From: an uncultured Chloroflexia bacterium
GTDB lineage: Bacteria; Chloroflexota; Limnocylindria; Limnocylindrales; CSP1-4
DNA: 64,000 nucleotides
Reading direction: 5' to 3'
NCBI GenBank assembly: GCA_963711405.1
Contig: CAVQDZ010000008.1
Location: 34,387 to 98,386, forward strand
Part shown: piece after piece, positions 51,556 to 61,829 of the stretch
Numbering within the stretch: position 1 is the stretch's first letter
Layout of the letters: every line of letters starts with the position of its first letter
Translations under genes and position numbers: made by a program
Notes under the pieces: model-generated
Told to the model about the DNA's origin: nothing
The model's input: the letters and a program-made list of their open reading frames with translations, nothing else
The model's database searches: none

Positions 51556-52272
51556 GTGAGCGACTTTTCCGCGTCGGAGATGATGATCGTCGCCGCCGCG
51601 CGCGAGCTGGCCGGCACGCGCGTGTGTTTCGTCGGCGTTGGCCTGCCCAACATCTGCGTCAACCTGGCCAAGCGCACGGTCGCGCCGGATCTGGAGCTGG
51701 TCTACGAGGCCGGCGTCTTCGGCGCGCGGCCGGCCCGGCTGCCGCTGTCGATCGGCGACCCGACCATCGTCACCGGCGCCACGGCCGTCACGAGCATGTT
51801 CGAGCTGTTCGGCTACTACCTGCAGGGCGGCCTGATTGACGTGGGCTTCCTTGGCGCAGCGCAGATCAACTCGCGCGGCGACATCAACACGACGGTGATC
51901 GGGCCGTACGAGACGCCAACGACACGCCTGCCGGGCTCTGGCGGCGCGTGCGAGATTGCCCAGAACGCGAAATCGATCTTCGTGATCATGCGCCAGTCAC
52001 CGCGCTCGTTCGTGGATCGACTCGACTTCCGGACTTCGGTCGGTGATCGCGTTCGGCTGGTTGTCACCGACGTGGGCATCTATCACCGCGACGATGACGG
52101 CGAGCTGCGCCTCGACTCGCTCCATCCGGGCGCCGACCTTGAGCGCGCCCGCGCATCAATGGGTTGGGAGCCACGCGTCGCGCCTTCGTTCGCGGAGACA
52201 CCCGCGCCCACGCCGGACGAGCTGCGCCTCATCCGCGAGGAGCTCGACCCGGCCGGCGTTTACACCAAGTAG
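51556..52272 (+). CDS. CoA-transferase subunit B
   Basis: 238 aa with a GTG start: SASEMMIVAAARELAGTRVCFVGVGLPN...FLGAAQINSRGDINTT...LPGSGGACEIA. Confidence 0.8.
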   Translation: MSDFSASEMMIVAAARELAGTRVCFVGVGLPNICVNLAKRTVAPDLELVYEAGVFGARPARLPLSIGDPTIVTGATAVTSMFELFGYYLQGGLIDVGFLGAAQINSRGDINTTVIGPYETPTTRLPGSGGACEIAQNAKSIFVIMRQSPRSFVDRLDFRTSVGDRVRLVVTDVGIYHRDDDGELRLDSLHPGADLERARASMGWEPRVAPSFAETPAPTPDELRLIREELDPAGVYTK

Positions 52273-52287
52273 CTGCCAGCGGTTGGG

Positions 52288-52918
52288 CTAGAGGTGTCGC
52301 GGCGAGCCGCGGCGGCCGCCGAAGACGACGATCAGCCCAAGGGCGATGATCGCCAGCGGCCACAGCGCGCCAAGCTCGGGAATGCCGCCGAAGTGGCCGG
52401 TGAGCTGGACGAAGCCGATCAGGCCGAAGATGGCGGTGCCCCACAGCGGCCAATTTGACGGCCGGCGACGTGTATCGCGCCGAGAGGAACCAACGATCCA
52501 GATGAGCAGGAACGCGATTGACAGCGCGATGGCTGTCGTGCCCGGGCCGCTGTAGATGCCCAGCTCATCGATCAGCCGAGCGACGACAAGAGCACCGATC
52601 AACAGTCCCGGAACAAGCGGGAAGAAAGCCCTGCTGAACAGCCAACCGGCCAGGAAGGCGATGGAGATTCCGGCCGAGCACCAGCGTCGTTGCGCTGAGG
52701 CCGGGAACCAGGTACTGGATGAGCAGCCCGCCGCCGACCATGAGCAGCAACAGGCCGAGCCACGGGAAGCTGCGATCGCGGTTCTGCGCCCACGACCAGC
52801 CGGTCCACTCGGGCGGCATGCCTGTTGGGCGCTCACCCGGTCCGCTGTTCGGGAAGGTGCCCGGCGGAAACTCTTCGTCCTGCTCGAAACCGGGCGTCAC
52901 GTTGCGCGGCTGGCTCAC
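52288..52918 (-). pseudogene. polytopic membrane protein of unknown function, one frameshift
   Basis: ORF 52565..52918 (MSQPRNVTPGFEQDEEFPPG...FPWLGLLLLMVGGGLLIQYLVPGLSATTLVLG) continues in ORF 52288..52836 (ISIAFLAGWLFSRAFFPLVPGLLIGALVV...). The break is at about 52680. Confidence 0.5.
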
Positions 52919-52968
52919 CAGATCAGCGTAGCAGCGACCTCAAATCCAGCCGGCTTTTGACGTCGCTC

Positions 52969-53805
52969 TTAGTCGTCGGCGGCGGGCGCCATGCGCACTG
53001 CGGAGATGAGTGCGCGGAAGAGCATCACGGCGTCGTCGGCAGAGAACAACACGGACCGATCGCCGACGCGTTCGAAGCCGGGCATGACCGCAACAAAGTC
53101 TGCCTGTCCCGGCGTAGTGAACTCGAGCTTGAGGTCGATCGGCGGCTCCATCGTCAGTGGCTGGAGGCTGCTGCCCTCGCCGCGCGTCCGCTCCACGGAG
53201 CGGCGCGCGGCCTCACGGATCATGTCGCGCGCCAGGGCCGGATGAACCGAGTCGGCAGCCTGGTATGAGATGGCGCGCTTGACCACGACCGTCTCCGCCC
53301 ACGGCAGCCAATCGTCGAGCTCCGCGGCAAGGGCGTCGTCGCCCGTGACCATCGCCACCGGAATGCCAAAGCTGCCCAGGTACAGCGCGTTGATGCCGGC
53401 CTCCGACACAGGCCGGCCGTCGACCTCGACGAGGACGGCGCGCGGGTTGTACGTGTGGCTTATGACCCCTGTCGGATGACCCGCGCGCGCGTGGTAGCCC
53501 ACGAAGAGCGCCACGTCGAAGTTCGCGTCAGCGGCCGCCTCGACCATCGACAGTGGCTTCTTGCCCTCGACCAGCCGGGCGCGCCGATCGAGGGCTTCAG
53601 GCGTCAGGTTGTACATGCCGCCATGGCTGTCATTGACCGTCACGTCGGTCGCGCCGCCATCGAAAGCGCCCTCGATCGCCGCATTGGCCTCGCCGACCAT
53701 CAGCGCCACGGCTTCCGGGTAGCCAACGTCGCCGCGGCGTGTTGGGTTTGCGTGGCTGATCCCGGCCACGCCCTCCATGTCGACAGATAGGTAGACGCGC
53801 ACCAT
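52969..53805 (-). CDS. M55-family D-aminopeptidase (DppA-like)
   Basis: ATG at 53805 within track ORF 52969..53991. Sequence: MVRVYLSVDMEGVAGISH...VTVNDSHGGM...VGYHARAGH...; 278 aa. Confidence 0.8.
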   Translation of the reverse strand: MVRVYLSVDMEGVAGISHANPTRRGDVGYPEAVALMVGEANAAIEGAFDGGATDVTVNDSHGGMYNLTPEALDRRARLVEGKKPLSMVEAAADANFDVALFVGYHARAGHPTGVISHTYNPRAVLVEVDGRPVSEAGINALYLGSFGIPVAMVTGDDALAAELDDWLPWAETVVVKRAISYQAADSVHPALARDMIREAARRSVERTRGEGSSLQPLTMEPPIDLKLEFTTPGQADFVAVMPGFERVGDRSVLFSADDAVMLFRALISAVRMAPAADD

Positions 53806-53831
53806 GGCTGCGAGATTAACGGCCGCGGATC

Positions 53832-54576
53832 TCAGTCGGTAGTGGGTGGGCCGTCGCGCGGAGGCGCGCCGACCCACACCGAGCCGTCGGCGTACTGCTC
53901 GCTCTTCCAGATTGGTGCGCGCGCCTTGAGCTCCTCGATGCCGTAGCGCGCGGCGTCGAACGCAGCGGATCGATGGACGGATGCCGCGCACACGACGACG
54001 CTGGCCTCGCCCAGCGGCACCTCACCCGAGCGGTGGATGATCGCGAGCCGCGTGACGCCGAAAGCGCAGCTCGATCTCCGTCGCGATCGTGCGCAGCACT
54101 TCCATCGCCATCTCGTCGAAGACCTCGTACTCCAGCCCGACGACCGACTGGCCGGCATGCTTCGCGGCCTCGCCCTCCTCGCCCGGCGACGGCGTGCCGG
54201 CGCTGTCGCGCGTCTGGCCCAGGAACAGGACGAATGCCCCGTCCTCGTTGGTGGGCACGCTGCGACGCAGCTCGCCAAGCAGCTCGTCGGTGATCGGATT
54301 GGCCGTGACCTGCAGGCGAATGTACGTGTCGGCACCGCCCGCGACAGGTGGAATGAGGGCCAGCTCGTCGCCGTCAGCGAGCTGTTGATCGGCCGTGGCG
54401 TAGACGCGGTTCAAGGCGAAACGGACGTGGTCGCGCTGGGGTGCAAGCGCGACATATTCGTCCATGAGGAACTGCCACGCGTAGCCAATGGTCGCGCCGT
54501 CGGGCAGCTCGACCTCGCGCTCGCGCCACTCCGCCTGCTGGCGGAGCATCGCGAAGAGCCGTACTCGGACGCGCAT
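53832..54576 (-). pseudogene. MoaD-MoaE fusion (molybdopterin synthase small and large subunits in one chain), one frameshift
   Basis: ATG at 54576. MoaD part: MRVRVRLFAMLRQQAEW...DGDELALIPPVAGG. MoaE part: ADTYIRLQVTANPI...GAFVLFLGQTRD...VVGLEYEVFDEMAMEVL (ORF 54022..54711), then TRLAIIHRSGEVPLGEASVVVCAASVHRSAAF...IWKSEQYADG (ORF 53832..54335). The break is at about 54050. Confidence 0.75.
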
Positions 54577-55409
54577 CAGACAAGGATGCCACTTGAGACG
54601 TACAGCGCGGCGGCCCCAATGGTGCCCGCGAGTACGGCCGCGAAGTTGATGTACAGCAGACCCGTGGCGGATTCCATCGAGCGCGTCCGCGCTGTGCGCC
54701 ACGCCATCCACGTGAGCACGATCGGAAACACGATCGTGACGAGCAGGCGCAAAGCCACGAGAAGCACGGGTCCGCTCGTGAATGCGTCGAACGCGCCCTG
54801 GCCGGGACCGCCGCCGAGCGTGGTCCAGGTCACGAACAGCAGCGCCTGGAGGATCAGTCCACCAAGCAGCAGCTTGGTTTGCAGGATCAGCGGTGTCTCG
54901 GAGATCTTGGGCGTGACCAGGTACCAGTGGCCGAGCGCGATCGCGGCCATCGATCCGCCCGTGACGAAGCTGAGCACGGCGAGCTGGACGAGGAACGGCA
55001 CGGCATCAACCGATGTCGGCGCCCAGTTGAGGGCGACGTAGCCCAGAACGGCGAGCGAGACCAGGATGCCCATGCTGCCGATGACCAGCGCCGCCCTTTG
55101 GCGCCCGACGCGGAACCCGTAGACGACCGCCAGCACGGCGAATGTCACCGTCAGCAGCTGACTCCAGTTGGCGGTCGTGGTCGATGGGTGGATGGCCAGC
55201 GCCTGAGTCGTCAGGGACGTGCCCGGCTCAGCCAGCGCGGTGAGGATCGCGAGCACTGCCGCAGTGATCGCGACGAAGCGCGAGTAGCCGGGCGAAACGT
55301 CGCTCAGCTGCCGAGTGATGACGACGAACGCGAAGCCGCCGAAGGCGAGCGTGGCGAGCAGGATCCAGGCGACGAAGGGCAGGGTCTGGACGAGCGGCGG
55401 GACGGTCAC
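54576..55409 (-). CDS. polytopic membrane protein of unknown function (about 8 TM segments)
   Basis: 277-aa hydrophobic ORF. Its TGA overlaps the MoaD-MoaE ATG by one base (TGATG). Confidence 0.55.
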   Translation of the reverse strand: MTVPPLVQTLPFVAWILLATLAFGGFAFVVITRQLSDVSPGYSRFVAITAAVLAILTALAEPGTSLTTQALAIHPSTTTANWSQLLTVTFAVLAVVYGFRVGRQRAALVIGSMGILVSLAVLGYVALNWAPTSVDAVPFLVQLAVLSFVTGGSMAAIALGHWYLVTPKISETPLILQTKLLLGGLILQALLFVTWTTLGGGPGQGAFDAFTSGPVLLVALRLLVTIVFPIVLTWMAWRTARTRSMESATGLLYINFAAVLAGTIGAAALYVSSGILV

Positions 55410-55427
55410 CCTGGTCCCGAGCGCGAT

Positions 55428-56348
55428 CTAGTCGCGGTCGAGCGCGGCCAGTATGGGTGCGCACTCCGCGATCGACTCGACCGTGATCGGATCGAGCACG
55501 AGCTGGACGTGGCTGATGCCCTGCGCAGCGTAGGCACGCAGGATGTCCGCCATCTGCTCGGGTTGCGTGCCGTCGTGCGGCGGGGTCGGATCGGAATACG
55601 AGGTCGAGCGACCACGGCCGCCGGTGAGTCGCACGAGGGCCGTGACGGTGCGCGTCACCTCTGCCGGGTCGCGGCCGGCCGCGCGGCACGCGGCGTCAAC
55701 GGCGTCACGCATCGCGGGGATCTGCTCGGGGTTGTTGCCAAAGCGGTCGTGCCACTCATTCCACGCATCGACGTACGGCATGGCGATGCTCAGCATCCGC
55801 GGCCGCGTTGTGCCAAGCATCAGTGGCGGGCCGTTCGGGTGGCGCTCCACCGCGCCGCGCGGCACCAGCTCGCAGTCGCGCGCCTCGTAGAACTCGCCAA
55901 CGAAGTCGATGTGGCCCTCGCGCAGCAGCGTGCGGATGATCGTGAAGGCCTCCTCGAAGCGACTCACGCGCTTGTCGTAGGGAAAGCCGTAGGCGGTGTA
56001 GTCGGGCTCGTTCCAGCCCGCGCCAAGGCCCAGGATCAGGCGGCCGCCACTGATCTCGTCGACCGTGGCAGCCATCTTGGCCAGCATGGCCGGGGCGTGG
56101 AAGCTCGTGGCTGCAACGAGCGGACCCAGCTCGACCTTCTTGGTCGCCTCAGCCAACGCCGCGAGTGAGGTCCAGACCTCCCACGGCCCGACGTTGCCGG
56201 TCTCGCGCCGGTAGAGCAGGTGGTCGCCGACCCAGATCGAGTCGAGGCCGATGCCCTCCGCGGTCTGCGCCATGTCGCGCAGCTGCGGCCAGCGCACCGG
56301 CCACTCGACTTCAGGTAGCTGAACTCCAACTTTCAGTGGTCGCGTCAT
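55428..56348 (-). CDS. LLM-class F420-dependent oxidoreductase
   Basis: 306 aa: GLDSIWVGDHLLY...GPLVAATSFHAPAMLAKMAATVDEISGGRLILGLGAGWNEPDYTAYGFPYD. Confidence 0.8.
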   Translation of the reverse strand: MTRPLKVGVQLPEVEWPVRWPQLRDMAQTAEGIGLDSIWVGDHLLYRRETGNVGPWEVWTSLAALAEATKKVELGPLVAATSFHAPAMLAKMAATVDEISGGRLILGLGAGWNEPDYTAYGFPYDKRVSRFEEAFTIIRTLLREGHIDFVGEFYEARDCELVPRGAVERHPNGPPLMLGTTRPRMLSIAMPYVDAWNEWHDRFGNNPEQIPAMRDAVDAACRAAGRDPAEVTRTVTALVRLTGGRGRSTSYSDPTPPHDGTQPEQMADILRAYAAQGISHVQLVLDPITVESIAECAPILAALDRD

Positions 56349-56369
56349 CGCGGCTGAGTCTATCGGTGA

Positions 56370-56759
56370 TCAGTCGTCCCTTGGGACCACCGCCAGCGCC
56401 TCGATTTCGATCAGCGCGCGCGGATCCACCAGGCCCGCCACCTTGACCAGGGTGCTCGCGGGCAAGCGGTCGCCGAAGTAACGCAGGCGGAGCGCGCGGA
56501 CCTCATCACGGTGCGATAGGTCGGTCGTGAACGAGGTCAGCTTGATCACGTCGCGCAGGGTGCCGCCGCAGGCTTCGACGGCCAGCTTGATCTGCTCGAG
56601 CACCTGCTCGGTCTGGCCCACGATGTCCGCGTCCAGGTCAGCCGCCAGCTGGCCGGAGATGACCAGGAGATCCGCACCGGGCAGCGGGATGCGCGCGACT
56701 TGGCTGTATGGGCCGACCGGCGCCGCCATCGCGGCAGGGTTGAACAGCTCAGCTTCCAC
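56370..56759 (-). CDS. RidA/YjgF-family reactive-intermediate deaminase
   Basis: 129 aa with a GTG start: PVGPYSQVARI...SGQLA...TSFTTDL...ASTLVKVAGLVDPRALIEIEALAV. Confidence 0.85.
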   Translation of the reverse strand: MEAELFNPAAMAAPVGPYSQVARIPLPGADLLVISGQLAADLDADIVGQTEQVLEQIKLAVEACGGTLRDVIKLTSFTTDLSHRDEVRALRLRYFGDRLPASTLVKVAGLVDPRALIEIEALAVVPRDD

Positions 56760-59700
56760 GTTTCGACCACCTCTTCAGATAGCGCTCAGCCTGGACCACG
56801 TCTGCGATTGCCTCGAGCGTTGATAGACCAGCCTCAAAGCTCCTTTCGTCGCGGTCCAGCAAGGCGAGTTCGCAACGCGTCCTTGCTTCCCACGGCCGAG
56901 CGTCAGATTTCGCGAAGAGCTCGTGCGCGGTCGCAAGCTGATCCCGGTTTCCGTCGGCAACTCCAATGGCGCGCCGAACCTCGGCTTCGACGAGAGGCGT
57001 CTTAGCATGGCAGGCTCTGTTCAAGCGCGCCAAGAAGCAGCTTGCCGTCAATGGACTGGAGTACGTCGGTGCATGTCGAAAGCACCATCGCCTGCTCTTC
57101 GTATGACCCGCGCGCGCCCAGGCCGCCCTCTCCTCTTTCGAGCGCAGCCGCCACGCCTGGAATGTCCTCGTCGATCAGGGCAAGAGCCTCCGTGAAGCGG
57201 CGCGGCACGAAGCTCTCGCCAATTTGCCGGATGACAGAGCGCAACGTGTGCATTCGAGTCTCGTCGCGCCGAGCGCGAGCGACGACCAGCCCGGCGATGA
57301 AACCGCGCATGGCGTAGCCGGCTGCCGGGCGCCCCGCCTCGGACCACACGCGCACGGCTTGGTCCGTGCTGGCGAGCGTGGCATCCCACTTGCCGAACAG
57401 CATCAGCGCAACCGCGCGCCAGGCGAGGAGATGCAGCGTCCAGTCCGGCGCCTGACCAGGCTGAATGACGGCCAGGCCCTCGTTGGTCACATCCTCGGCC
57501 ATCTTGAGGTCACCGGAGAGTGCTCCTGCCCATGCCACGACCGAATATGCGTCGATGCGCTCAAACAGAACCAGGCGACTTCCCATGGCTATCCGCTCTC
57601 GACCCAGTGCCACAGTCGTCTGCCAATCTCCCTCGTCAACCGCTAACGCGCCAAGGGCATCGAGCGCCACGCTCTCCATGTTTGCGTCGCCCAGCCCGCG
57701 GGCGAGCTCGAGCGCCTCACTCGCGGACGCGCGTGCCGCGTCCGCCTCGGCCACGGATCGATAGCGACGCGACGCCCGAACCCAGAACGGATAGAACGCG
57801 TCGGCGGCAAGGAACAGCGCGCGCGCCGATTGATCGTTTGTGGTCTCGAGCAACCGACGGCCTTCGCGCCTCAGCGCATTCAATTGCTCGTCGGAGCGGC
57901 GGCTGCCGACCGAGCCCTGCGAGCGCATCTCGACCATGAGCTGCTTTGCGAGCAACCGCAGCTGCATTGACTCTGGTCGGTCCGCCTCGCGCGCGAGATC
58001 AAGCGCCTTGCTGTAAGCCGCGACGATTGGGCCGCCGCCGATCTCGACGTCGCCAAGCAGCTCGTGGAGCTCCGGATAGTCCTGCGGACGAGCGAACTCG
58101 AGCGCGGCAATCATGTGTTCGCGTGCCTCCACTCCGGCGGCCGCCGAACGAGCGACCTCTGCCGCGCGCACGAGCCAGATTCGAGCCGCGTCGCGCAGCT
58201 CGTCCGCGTCGTCGAGATCCATCGCCGAGGCGAGCGAGGCCGCCTCGCGGTAGTGGTACGCGACGAGCTCCGCAAGTGCCTCTTCTCGACCTGTGGCACG
58301 CTCAGCCAGCCAGCGTCCGGCCGCGCCATGAAGCTCTGCGCGAGTCGCCCGCGGCCAGCGTGGAGTAGGCGACCTCGCGAATGAGGATGTGGCGGAATGT
58401 GTAGCCATCCGCACCGGTAGGCCTGACCAGGTCACGCTCCGAGAGTCGCTCGCAGATCTCGGCCACCCAATCCCCGTCGGCCGCTTCGCGAGCGATCAGC
58501 GCGGCGACGCCCGCTGGTCGGAAGGTTCGACCGAAGACAGAGCCAACTCGGAGAACCTCGCGCTCGTCATCGGGCAGCTCGTCGAGCCGAGCAAGAACGG
58601 TCGCCTGGACGGTGTCCGGCAGGCGCTCCAGCGCAGCCTGCACCTGCGCCGGGATCGTCGAACGCCTTCACCCGCTCAAGCACAGTGCTCACGATTTCAC
58701 CGGCAAAGAATGGATTGCCCTCGGCGCGGACGACGATGGCGTCGACCAGGTCGTCCGAGGCGCCCTCGGCAAGCGTCCGCACGAACTGCGCAGTAGCGCG
58801 GTCGTCGAGCGGCTCGAGCGCTATCGAGACATGGTTGCGCCGGCCACCGCCCCAGTTGGGTCGACGATCGAGCAACTCCGGCCGAGCAAGCGCGATGAGC
58901 AGCGCGCGCGTGTCACCGCGCGGCTGGAGCACGAACTCGAACAGGTCGAGCAGACGTGTCACTCGACCAGTGGAGGTCCTCGACGGCAACGACAAGCGGC
59001 GCCTGGCGGCTGGCAGCCTCGATGAAGGTGCGCCACGCGGCGAACAGCGCGGATCGGTCCGTCGTCTCCGACTCAGCCTCGCCGATGGTCGAGGCCAGCA
59101 GTCGCCCGACCTCGGCCGCCTCCTCGACTCCGGCACTCGTCAGCCACCGTCGACCGCGCGACGGATCTCCTCGGGCGGCGCGTCCTCGTCGAGGCCCGAC
59201 GATCCGGAAGAGCACGGCGCGCAGCGGCCAGTAGGTCAGACGCTGGCCGTAGGGCAGGCATTGCGCGACGGCCACGCGCGCGTCCGGCGCGATGCGCGGC
59301 AGATGGTCGAGGAACTCCTCGAGCAGGCGCGTCTTGCCTGTGCCGGCCGGCGCGATGACGCTGACCAGGAACGGCCGCTGCTCGTCGAATGCGCGGCGGG
59401 CGACGAGGTCCAGCTGGGCCAGGTCAGCGTCACGGCCGAAGATGGGCGTCCGGCCCGCGACCGGAGTGTGCGCGGCCGAGCAGCTCGCTGACCGCGAGTG
59501 GCTCGCTCTTGCCCTTGGCATCGACCTGTTGTGCGGGACCGAAGCGGAACTCCGAGCGTGCCGCACGAACGGTCCGCTCGCCGGCGACGATCGACCACGG
59601 CACGGCCGTCTGCTGGATGCGCGCCGCCACGTTGACGGCATCGCCCGTGACAAGGAAGTCGTCACTGCCCGGATCACGGCTGGCGAAGACATCGCCGGTG

Positions 59701-60014
59701 TTCACGCCCAGCCGGATCGGCATCCGTTCGCCCAGGCGCGGATCGCTGCGGACTCTGTCGCGCAGCTCCATCGCGGCCGAGAGGGCGCGCACGGCGTCGT
59801 CGCCGTGCGCGCGGCGCAGGCCGAAGACGGCCATTACGGCATCGCCGATGAACTTCTCGACGGTCCCGCCGTGTGCCGCGACGACTTCCTTGGCGATCGC
59901 GTAGTAGCGCGCCAGGAGAGCGCGCAGATCCTCTGGATCGAGCGCTTCGCCGAGTGCAGTCGAACCGCTCACGTCCGCGAACAGGACGGTCACGACACGG
60001 CGCTCGTCGCTCAT
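56749..60014 (-). pseudogene. class III adenylate/guanylate cyclase - P-loop (STAND-like) ATPase - TPR-like repeat protein (~1090 aa), at least five frame breaks
   Basis: ATG at 60014 (MSDERRVVTVLFADVSGSTALGE...FIGDAVMAVFG...GVNTGDV, ORF 59430..60173). P-loop VIAPAGTGKTRLLEEF and VVAVEDLHW (ORF 58913..59692). Continued in ORFs 58567..59136, 58302..58643, 57002..58435 (long helical repeat region) and 56749..57051. No C-terminal LuxR HTH is visible. Confidence 0.75.
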
Positions 60015-60105
60015 CAGATCGGAGTCTACGGGTCGCCGCACGCCCGCCGGGTACGATTGTGCTCGCCACCAAGCAGGTGCCGGCCCTCCGACTCGTGAGT
60101 AAGCC

Positions 60106-61788
60106 ATGACCGACACCGGATTTCTAGTAACGCTCGCTCTCGCGCTGATCGTCGCCACGATCGGGGCCGCCATTGCGGTGCGCCTGGGCCAATCGGCGAT
60201 CCTGGGCTACGTCGCCGCAGGCGTGCTCATCGGGCCGTACACAGCGGGGCCGATCGCCGACGCGCACACCGTCGCTGCCCTGGCTGACGTCGGCCTGGTG
60301 TTCCTGCTCTTCGCCGTCGGACTCGAGCTATCCATTCGCGACCTCGCTCGAGTCAGGCGCATCGCGCTTGTCGGTGGGCTGGTGCAGGTCGCAGCGTCGG
60401 TCGCGCTGGGCTATGTCGTGGGCGTCGCCCTGGGCTTCAAGCCCCTGGAAGCGCTGTTCTTCGGCGCCTTCATCAGCCAGTCATCGAGCACCGTGATCGC
60501 CAAGATCCTGGGCGAGCGCGGCGAGCTGGACGCGCAACACGGCCACATCGCGCTGGGCTGGACCGTGCTCCAGGACCTATCCACGGTCGTGCTGGTCGTG
60601 CTTCTGACCGCCCTCGCGCAGGGCGGCGACCTGACCCTTGACGTGGCCATCGCCAGCGGCAAGGCGCTCCTGTTCCTGGCCATCCTGCTGCCCCTGGGGC
60701 TGTTCGTGCTGCCGCGCCTGTTCGAGCGCGTCGCCGCCCTGCACAGCCGTGAGGTGTTCGTGTTGACGGTCGTGGCGGTCGCCCTTGGGACGGCGTACAT
60801 GAGCGCGCTGTTCGGGCTGTCACTCGCGCTCGGCGCCTTCCTCGCCGGCCTGCTCGTGAGCGAGTCGGACATCAGCCACCAGGTGGCGAGCGAGCTCGGG
60901 CCGCTGCGCGACGTGTTTGCCGGTGTGTTCTTTGTGTCCATCGGCATGCTCTTCAACCCGGCTTTCGTGGTCGCCGCGGCCGGATTGGTGGCAGTGGCAG
61001 TGATCCTGATCGTGCCGGTCAAGGGCGCGCTGGTGGCCGGACTGTCACGCATCCTGGGCGCGCCGGGCCGGACCGCGATCCTGGCCGGAGTCACGCTCGC
61101 GCAGGCCGGTGAGTTTTCGTTCCTGATCGCGCGGCTGGGCGCCAGCCAGGGCGCGGTCGGCGACGTGATGTTCAGCCTGATGCTTGCCGCCGCGGCTGTG
61201 AGCATCGTCGTCTCGCCCTGGCTGGCGCGCTACGCGCCCACCGCGCTGCGCGAGATCGACCGGCGCCGGCCCCTTGGTCCAGCCGATCTGATCGCGGTCG
61301 CACCGGAGCCGTCGTCAGGGCCGCGCCGCTACGCCGTGATCTGCGGCTTTGGTCGTGTCGGGCGCCTCGTTGGCGCGGCACTCGAGCGGCGCGGCTTCCC
61401 GTTCGTGGTCATCGAGGCGGACCCCAGAGTGTGTCGTGACCTGCGCGCGCGCGGCATACCCGTGATCCAGGGATTGGCGGAGAACGAGCGCAACCTTGAC
61501 CGGGTCGAGTTCTCCCGCGCGCAGGTCGTGGTGGTCACCCTGCCCGATCCGATCGCTTTGCGCCAGGTCGTGCACCATGTCCGCAACGAGCATCCGCGTG
61601 TGCCGATCATCGCCCGGGCGCGCAGCACGTCCGATCGCGAAATGCTCGAGCGCGAAGGTGCGGGCGAGATCGTCGTCGCGGAAACGGAAGTGGCCCTGGA
61701 GATGGCGCGCTTCACCCTGGGGCGGTTGGGAGTCAGTGGCCCGGAGACGGCTGCGATCGTGCAGGGCCTGCGGCGCAGGTCCGCGTAA
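60106..61788 (+). CDS. CPA2-family cation:proton antiporter with a C-terminal RCK/TrkA-N domain (Kef-type)
   Basis: 560 aa with about 12 TM segments (GYVAAGVLIGPY..., LLFAVGLELS...). C-terminal Rossmann motif: VICGFGRVGRLVGAAL. Confidence 0.85.
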   Translation: MTDTGFLVTLALALIVATIGAAIAVRLGQSAILGYVAAGVLIGPYTAGPIADAHTVAALADVGLVFLLFAVGLELSIRDLARVRRIALVGGLVQVAASVALGYVVGVALGFKPLEALFFGAFISQSSSTVIAKILGERGELDAQHGHIALGWTVLQDLSTVVLVVLLTALAQGGDLTLDVAIASGKALLFLAILLPLGLFVLPRLFERVAALHSREVFVLTVVAVALGTAYMSALFGLSLALGAFLAGLLVSESDISHQVASELGPLRDVFAGVFFVSIGMLFNPAFVVAAAGLVAVAVILIVPVKGALVAGLSRILGAPGRTAILAGVTLAQAGEFSFLIARLGASQGAVGDVMFSLMLAAAAVSIVVSPWLARYAPTALREIDRRRPLGPADLIAVAPEPSSGPRRYAVICGFGRVGRLVGAALERRGFPFVVIEADPRVCRDLRARGIPVIQGLAENERNLDRVEFSRAQVVVVTLPDPIALRQVVHHVRNEHPRVPIIARARSTSDREMLEREGAGEIVVAETEVALEMARFTLGRLGVSGPETAAIVQGLRRRSA

Positions 61789-61829
61789 AGGCGCCGATCC
61801 GCAAACTGCGGCGGACCGCCGACGGTGGC

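Noticed and set aside
780-60014. Programmed ribosomal frameshifting as the explanation for the broken genes
   Set aside because: There are no slippery heptamers or conserved stimulatory structures at the sites I resolved. The events are of both signs, occur in unrelated genes, and include closely spaced cancelling pairs. This is typical of sequence error.
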